From IMG/VR virus record IMGVR_UViG_3300042473_001265, positions 1 to 64,000 of that record: a stretch of DNA of 64,000 bases, one strand, 5' to 3'. Both the position numbers and the translations under genes were made by a program. The notes beneath the pieces were generated by a model. The model saw nothing but the letters and a program-made list of their open reading frames with translations. It ran no database searches and had not been told where the DNA came from. Of the stretch, positions 59,201-64,000 are shown piece by piece. Numbering within the stretch: the first letter of the stretch is position 1; each line of letters starts with the position of its first letter.

Positions 59201-60584
59201 AATGAGCGATGTTTCGAGTCAGTACGATATTTCCTGGCCCTATTGGAGCACTCCTGGCAGCGAAGGCGCCAGCATTGAAGAAGTTGCTGATGAATTCCGT
59301 GAGGCCATTGGTCGCAAGGTAAACTGGTCTGCCAACTATCATGGTGGCCGCCGCGAACCCGATGCTTATGTGGTTGAGCCTGACGGCAGCCTGGAACCAG
59401 ATGACAGCAACGATTCTGGACTGGAGTTTGTGAGCCCGCCCTTGCCTGTTGACGACATGATTAGTGATCTAAACAAGGTCCGGGCCTGGGCCAAACAACG
59501 AGGCTGCTACACCAATGATTCAACCGGCCTGCACATCAATGTGAGTGTGCCGGGCTTTGACAACGACAAACTGGACTATGTTAAACTAGCTCTGCTGCTG
59601 GGTGACCAGTATGTGCTGGATCAATTTGGACGCACCGGCAACACCTATGCCAAAAGCGCCATGGGCATGATCAAAGAGCGAATCGCTCAGCGTCCCGAAG
59701 ATGCTGCTGCCATGTTGCAAAAAATGAAAACAGGCCTGGGCGAACTGGCCACCAAAGTTATACACAGCGGCACGACCAGCAAGTATACCAGTATCAATAC
59801 CAAGACTGGATACATTGAGTTTCGCAGTCCCGGCGGCGATTGGCTAAATGAAAACTTTGACAAGATTGAAACCACGCTGTTGAGATTTGTAGTGGCATTA
59901 GATGCTGCCATGGATCCGGCAAAGTATCGCGACGAATACCTGAAGAAGCTGTACACTGTACTCAAGCCTAAAGACCAAAATGATACCTTGAGTTATTTTG
60001 CTAAATTTGCTGCTGGTGAATTGCCCAAGGCTGCACTAAAGAGTTTTATCAAACAAGCACAACTGGAACGCAACAAGGTCAAAGATACCTATGCTGAACT
60101 CACGCCCGGACAAAGCAACTACAAGATCTATCAAATCTCTGATGGTAGAACAGTGGGCACATTCTATGCTGCTGATCAAGCACAGGCCAATGCTGAATTC
60201 ACTGACTGGTTGATGAGTCCCGAAGCTGGCGGCAGAGATGACTTTAGATACGCACCAATTGACACACCAATTCAAGGTCCTGTGGCCACAACACCTGTGC
60301 CCGGCGTCATTGACATTGAGCCAGATGTAGAACAGAACTTTGTTCCTGGTAGCACCCTGGATCTGCAACGCCAACGTCAACAAGCAGCACAGCAATCTGC
60401 CGCTAGTGGAACATTTAGAGGCACATGGGCAATCAAAGACAGCCAAGGCAATACACTACACACCTTCAGCGGCATTGGCAATTCACAAGCAGATGCCAAC
60501 AGAGTTGCAGCAGGATGGCTGGCTCGTGCAGGATACCAAGATGGTATCGAAGTTGCGGTTGTGCCAGTCATGGAGCCGTCGTGA
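56241..60584 (+). CDS. Multidomain polyprotein-like protein (1447 aa): Pol-beta-type nucleotidyltransferase, HExxH zincin, Tat-like signal plus M48-like peptidase, amidoligase
   Basis: SGSNA...SDIDLH; AHELTH; DRRAALK...AKA; AHELGH...ELDAD...SHP...RI; GMEFE...EPDGSL...GLEFVSPP...TGLHINVS...IEFRS. Confidence 0.8.
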   Translation: MNILELDSYNLADAVKFNQRLNPRLWDNNEQLRPEVHDHLLQIADDFREFLGVSGYDLKDITISGSNAAYTYTPNSDIDLHLVVDLPEADNSEVYRELFDAKKFQYNQQHNITIGSHPVELYVQDANKTHVSQGIYSVLNNQWIDVPKRRDAGVDDISTRSKYEDLAARIDSAVASGDHDDMAKLMSKIKAMRQAGLNQHGEFGADNLAFKMLRNQGAIKRLIDARNAARDRELSLREREIVVKRPFTYGFKTEDVSSNPSGVSPETKMFLSEKPAASVVDIVSSFIDYCVEQLGIEQPPQVKFKKDPQWSARNKTFGRYNSDHNLLEVSLAGRHVMDILRTVAHELTHTRQHEIETVPDTAGATGSRWENQANAQAGVLMRDYAEQHPEFFNDDGLEEGIRDKLATAALAACVAGSPGCATTTPINTGADAVKAAVRASQLTRAGLEHGAKQELKNVLRRGANANESSGYIPTKKQARDPRFSMALTKDVQPGATGREANKLNLRTDTQGKPALLMKTANLREDRMQRQRTDPTYNVAEDDLSEVDRRAALKALGAGAMAAAVPGVAKAGPFVDVAALGNTNPDQFNKVWVPRYKELTTRCQDILRQLIAAAGPKWAPLLKGTTIRVVSSENYAQASAISRTITIDLSVFWDAPDAALAFTIAHELGHIALEHATGTDDASADYKTQVRVAAQYRQGELDADEFAVRLCKTLGYNKAEVFKFIAKNEAELQLLDVLTQSPTSSHPSQKTRIERARMNGFQLSRGGIEQMNVLKQHLAEDDTEHRDIVNRLSRELKLYEDQDLFEINMSPTNLKKLAAQTGAMAGMEFEMIVPGADGGDDAADMEPDYDADENVMSIEDAAQFFFDGDFNGRRDIQRLRDSMSEDYQTWLGDAWMEYFETYKNTIVFRYGKENWSEADIAEILGLDEAAAEALENRGASPEDYMDAAEKVIEDGLDPWLNDAQEDAQEDYYNDDHEEDWLRSEGIRSMSDVSSQYDISWPYWSTPGSEGASIEEVADEFREAIGRKVNWSANYHGGRREPDAYVVEPDGSLEPDDSNDSGLEFVSPPLPVDDMISDLNKVRAWAKQRGCYTNDSTGLHINVSVPGFDNDKLDYVKLALLLGDQYVLDQFGRTGNTYAKSAMGMIKERIAQRPEDAAAMLQKMKTGLGELATKVIHSGTTSKYTSINTKTGYIEFRSPGGDWLNENFDKIETTLLRFVVALDAAMDPAKYRDEYLKKLYTVLKPKDQNDTLSYFAKFAAGELPKAALKSFIKQAQLERNKVKDTYAELTPGQSNYKIYQISDGRTVGTFYAADQAQANAEFTDWLMSPEAGGRDDFRYAPIDTPIQGPVATTPVPGVIDIEPDVEQNFVPGSTLDLQRQRQQAAQQSAASGTFRGTWAIKDSQGNTLHTFSGIGNSQADANRVAAGWLARAGYQDGIEVAVVPVMEPS

Positions 60585-61468
60585 GAGCACTAGAATTTTT
60601 ACACGAAGACGAACCAGCAAGAATCAAGATTGGTGGTGCTGAAGCAGCAGCCCGGGCACGAACCTGGATTGAAAAGGTGTATGCCCGTTATCCGCAAACC
60701 ATGCAGAACAATCATGTGATGACCTGGGGCTCGGGAGATGACCAACAGTTTGCAATGTTTGAATTAACTCCTAGCTTCAGCCGGCGTGGCGCAGTTGAAG
60801 TCAAATGGTTTCAAGCGTATCCGCTACGGTCTGGGGTGGGCAGTCGTGCTATGAAAGAACTGCAAGCCATGGCCCGAGAAGATGGAATCAGCCTTACATT
60901 ATTCCCCTGGGACAAAGGACAAGTAAGCCAAAGTAAACTGACCAAATTCTACCGAGGACAAGGCTTTTCTCCAACTGTCAAAGGTGGCAAAGCAATGCAA
61001 TGGAGCCCCGAGCTGGCGGAAGAACTCAGAGTTGATGTACCCAACGAAGAATGGCTTGACGATGCTATTGCGTATGCCAAGCAAAAAAGTCCCGACCGCA
61101 ACGGGTTGCCCTACATGGGCAAGACCACTGCTACTGTTAGACCTGAACCAATGGTATCCATGGATATACTCAAGCGACTACCGGGCATGCGAAACGAACA
61201 GCAAAATGTACGACAAGCGGATCTAGCAGCCATTATGAAAATAATGAAAGACACTGGCAAATTGCCACTGCATAGTTTTACTAATGAAGAATACAAGCCT
61301 TTTATCAATGTGGCCTACGATGGCAGTGCTTGGGTCAACGAAGGTAATCATCGTATCATGGCTGCTGCTGCCCTGGGTTGGAAAGAACTGCCTGTGCAAA
61401 TCAGTTACTTTGATGGCGGCGAACGAGTTGAATCTGGACCCATGTACCCAGGAAAGATTGGACTATGA
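60581..61468 (+). CDS. GNAT-like plus ParB-like two-domain protein
   Basis: GTG start after GGAG; R.GVGS.AM...L.KFY..QGF; NEGNHRIMAA..LG. Confidence 0.7.
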   Translation: MRALEFLHEDEPARIKIGGAEAAARARTWIEKVYARYPQTMQNNHVMTWGSGDDQQFAMFELTPSFSRRGAVEVKWFQAYPLRSGVGSRAMKELQAMAREDGISLTLFPWDKGQVSQSKLTKFYRGQGFSPTVKGGKAMQWSPELAEELRVDVPNEEWLDDAIAYAKQKSPDRNGLPYMGKTTATVRPEPMVSMDILKRLPGMRNEQQNVRQADLAAIMKIMKDTGKLPLHSFTNEEYKPFINVAYDGSAWVNEGNHRIMAAAALGWKELPVQISYFDGGERVESGPMYPGKIGL

Positions 61469-61923
61469 GAGCCAGTGAACTTTTAAACGAAGTAGTTGAT
61501 CTTGACACAGCATTTCCACTAAAGTGGGATCAGCAGTTTGCAGCTCAAGGTGAAATTCATGCGTCGGCCACAGATGCTGACGGCAGAGAAATTGGCATAT
61601 CGTTTACTCCTGCAGGCAATGGTGAAGTAACTGATGTAGCATTTACTCGCGGCGGAACACATGAAATGACTGGGCGTGGTGATGCAGGACGAGTAATGGC
61701 CACTGTGATCAACGCTATCAACACCTATGCAAAAAAATATAAACCACCGTATCTAGCGTTCAGTGCCAAGTCTGGTGGCGGCAGATCCAGTGCATACACC
61801 GCAATGATTCGGCGCCATGCACAGGGATATGAACTAGTGCCCACCGATAAATACCCAGCGGCCTTGAACAACTATCTTGAGTTCATTGGCAGCGATCAAC
61901 CATTTGTGCTGGCAAGAACATGA
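61465..61923 (+). CDS. Putative internal head protein
   Basis: N-terminus MRASELLNE. Confidence 0.6.
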   Translation: MRASELLNEVVDLDTAFPLKWDQQFAAQGEIHASATDADGREIGISFTPAGNGEVTDVAFTRGGTHEMTGRGDAGRVMATVINAINTYAKKYKPPYLAFSAKSGGGRSSAYTAMIRRHAQGYELVPTDKYPAALNNYLEFIGSDQPFVLART

Positions 61924-62705
61924 AAACAAAAGAATTTACCACAGAAGGCTGGAGCCAAAAATACAAAAAAAGTATCAATTGCAGTCATCCCAAGGGCTTT
62001 AGTCAGCGGGCCCATTGCGCTGGAAAGAAGAAGCAAAACGAAAGCGCAGAAATGGAAATGGTGTGTGAAATGTGTGGCCTGTGTGAAACACACGGCGATC
62101 ATTCACAGGACAACTTGGATGAAGCATGCTGGGACACACACAAACAAGTTGGTATGAAGAAAAAAAGCAACAAAATGGTTCCCAACTGTGTGCCTAAAAA
62201 CGAAGAAAAGGAGACCGCAATGACAGAAAATCAAGATGAATTGGCAAGAATACTGGAACTCAGCACAGGAGTAAGTGCAACAGATCGCGTGGAACTAAAC
62301 GAAGAGTTTGATCTAATAGAGTCTATCATTGACAGTCTTGCAGATCGCAATGGGGTAGATGCAGAGACAATATGGGAAGACCTCGACTCACTGACAGATG
62401 ATGAGTTGTATGTGTTTGCAGTGACTACGCCAATCATGGAAGATTGGCAAAAGGCCAACAAAAAGGATCGTACTGCCGGCATGAGTCAGAAAGCTGTCAA
62501 CGCTTATCGCAGAGAAAATCCCGGGTCCAAACTAAAGACTGCTGTAACTACCAAGCCCAGCAAATTAAAGAAAGGTTCGAAGGCGTCGAAACGTCGTAAG
62601 AGCTATTGCAGCCGCAGCCGTGGTCAAATGAAAATGCACAGCATCAGCTGTGCTAAAACTCCGGACAAGGCCATATGCAAAGCACGCCGTAGATGGAACT
62701 GCTGA
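61920..62705 (+). CDS. Putative internal head polyprotein of small Cys/Lys-rich modules
   Basis: MKTKEFTTE; basic modules separated by LDE, LNE and IME linkers. Confidence 0.65.
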   Translation: MKTKEFTTEGWSQKYKKSINCSHPKGFSQRAHCAGKKKQNESAEMEMVCEMCGLCETHGDHSQDNLDEACWDTHKQVGMKKKSNKMVPNCVPKNEEKETAMTENQDELARILELSTGVSATDRVELNEEFDLIESIIDSLADRNGVDAETIWEDLDSLTDDELYVFAVTTPIMEDWQKANKKDRTAGMSQKAVNAYRRENPGSKLKTAVTTKPSKLKKGSKASKRRKSYCSRSRGQMKMHSISCAKTPDKAICKARRRWNC

Positions 62706-62706
62706 C

Positions 62707-62994
62707 ATGAGACTGTATGAATTTGCATTCGGTTCCGGCGTGGACGTCAATGAAAATCTTCGCGACTGGTTCAAAGATAAATGGGTACGCTTTGGTCCCG
62801 ATGGTAAGATACGCGGCGACTGTGCTAGAGGGTCAGAATCTGAAGGCAAGCCCAAGTGTTTGCCACAGTCCAAAGCACATGCACTGGGCAAGAAAGGTCG
62901 TGCAAGTGCAGCAGCCAGAAAACGCAGACAAGATCCCGACGCCAATCGTTCAGGCCCAGCAATAAATGTCAGTACAAAAGGAAAGAAAAAATGA
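62707..62994 (+). CDS. Small basic putative internal head protein
   Basis: MRLYEF...VNE|NLRDWFKDKWV...C.R...PKCLP. Confidence 0.65.
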   Translation: MRLYEFAFGSGVDVNENLRDWFKDKWVRFGPDGKIRGDCARGSESEGKPKCLPQSKAHALGKKGRASAAARKRRQDPDANRSGPAINVSTKGKKK

Positions 62995-64000
62995 ACATAA
63001 ATGATATCATTACAGAATCACAACAAAAATGTCCGCACTGTGGTGGACCTGTGGTGGAATATTCAGAACTAGGCGAGGGCAAAAAAGATGCCTGCTACTA
63101 CAAGGTCAAGGCATCGGCCAAAGTATGGCCCAGTGCCTATGCATCCGGTCGATTAGTTCAGTGTCGCAAAAAAGGTGCTGCCAACTATGGCAACAAGTCA
63201 GAAGGTGTGGCGGAAGGCTTATTAAACGAATTCGCACCAGGTGGAGCTGAAGGTGCTGGACCATATGCATATGGTATAGCTCTAAAAGAAATGGCAAAAT
63301 TGTATGCTGAAGGTGAGTTTGATTTAGTTGACGTCAGCGGCATGGACACAACAAGTCAAAACCAAAGTGATGCCGAAGAAATAAACAGCGTAGCAGATGC
63401 TTTTATCAATCGTGGAATGGAAGCTGGTAGAGAAGCATACCGCATGGTTGACACCATGGTGCAAGAGGACATGGATGAATACCTTGACGGCCAAGGATTC
63501 AATGTTGATGCTGATATCCATGTTGCATACAAAAATGACGTTGACCGTTATAATGCTTCTCCAGAGGGTCAGGCAGGAATCGCTGCGCATGAGGCTCGAC
63601 GAGAAGCCTGGCGGCGGTCAAAGCCGGCCAACCAAGTGATAATACAAGCAATTGATCCCAAAGGCAATTTGCCCATTGACAACACTCGCGTAGTGTTTGA
63701 TGCTAGAGAGTTTAACCTTGAGCCTGGCTTTCTTAAATACTCAATTGAACAAGATATTAAAAAGATCAAAAAGACAGCACCCGGTAGCTTGATTCAAATC
63801 ACCTTGGGCGGCAAACCAACTGATATTCAGGGTATTCTTGACCAATATAAACAGCTCAGCAAGGGGCCACACGATGTGGCGGAAAACTTTGCTGATGGGC
63901 GAAATCCCCAAGACAAGGGCGATGCCAAGCGTCACGGTATCAACACCAAGGCCAGTGTAAGCAGTCTACGCAAAACTGCCAAGCAAGGTGGACGCAAGGG
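62991..64000 (+). CDS. Putative internal head polyprotein, truncated at the window end
   Basis: Read manually: MNINDIITE|SQQKCPHCGG...LGE|GKKDACYYKVK...GVAE|GLLNE|FAP...DVAE|NFADG; open to the window end. Confidence 0.75.
   Translation, partial: MNINDIITESQQKCPHCGGPVVEYSELGEGKKDACYYKVKASAKVWPSAYASGRLVQCRKKGAANYGNKSEGVAEGLLNEFAPGGAEGAGPYAYGIALKEMAKLYAEGEFDLVDVSGMDTTSQNQSDAEEINSVADAFINRGMEAGREAYRMVDTMVQEDMDEYLDGQGFNVDADIHVAYKNDVDRYNASPEGQAGIAAHEARREAWRRSKPANQVIIQAIDPKGNLPIDNTRVVFDAREFNLEPGFLKYSIEQDIKKIKKTAPGSLIQITLGGKPTDIQGILDQYKQLSKGPHDVAENFADGRNPQDKGDAKRHGINTKASVSSLRKTAKQGGRK

Noticed and set aside
1-64000. Stop-codon reassignment
   Set aside because: Well-conserved genes are intact in code 11, and TAA, TGA and TAG all end genes where the next gene or promoter begins.
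1-64000. Bacterial chromosome or prophage interpretation based on nadE, infA, sod, erpA and clpA
   Set aside because: These genes are scattered among virion, lysis and T4-like genes under phage-type promoters, with no bacterial operon context or integrase.

Overview
This window is a gene-dense, almost entirely + strand segment of a large (probably jumbo) lytic tailed dsDNA phage with T4-like features, read in the standard genetic code. A Bug/TctC protein weakly suggests an aquatic betaproteobacterial host. Layout: (1) a tail/baseplate gene running off the left end on the - strand. (2) About 2.3-20.6 kb of small early/accessory genes behind near-consensus sigma70 promoters (TTGACn-17-TATAAT), many apparently leaderless; this region includes an ADP-heptose-type cluster, a GmrSD-like pair, a GGCT, Hc1, a SleB-type hydrolase and NadE. 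(3) IF-1, radical SAM, SOD, ErpA and a tail/baseplate block behind TAAATA late-type promoters. (4) Replication/chaperone genes: a split DnaE fragment, GroES, a clamp loader, PhoH and an R-M-like pair. (5) A Bug/sulfotransferase/oxygenase/APS-kinase cluster. (6) A lysis cassette, DnaJ and ClpA. (7) From about 53.5 kb, putative capsid-internal proteins. The strongest candidate for a new system is in block 7: proteins with T4 capsid-targeting-like N-termini, built as polyproteins of unrelated enzymes (nucleotidyltransferase, two zinc peptidases, amidoligase, GNAT, ParB) joined by hydrophobic-x-Glu linkers that resemble prohead-protease sites. One linker directly precedes a buried twin-arginine signal peptide. 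All calls come from reading motifs by eye; no searches were run. No tRNA, rRNA or CRISPR array was recognised.
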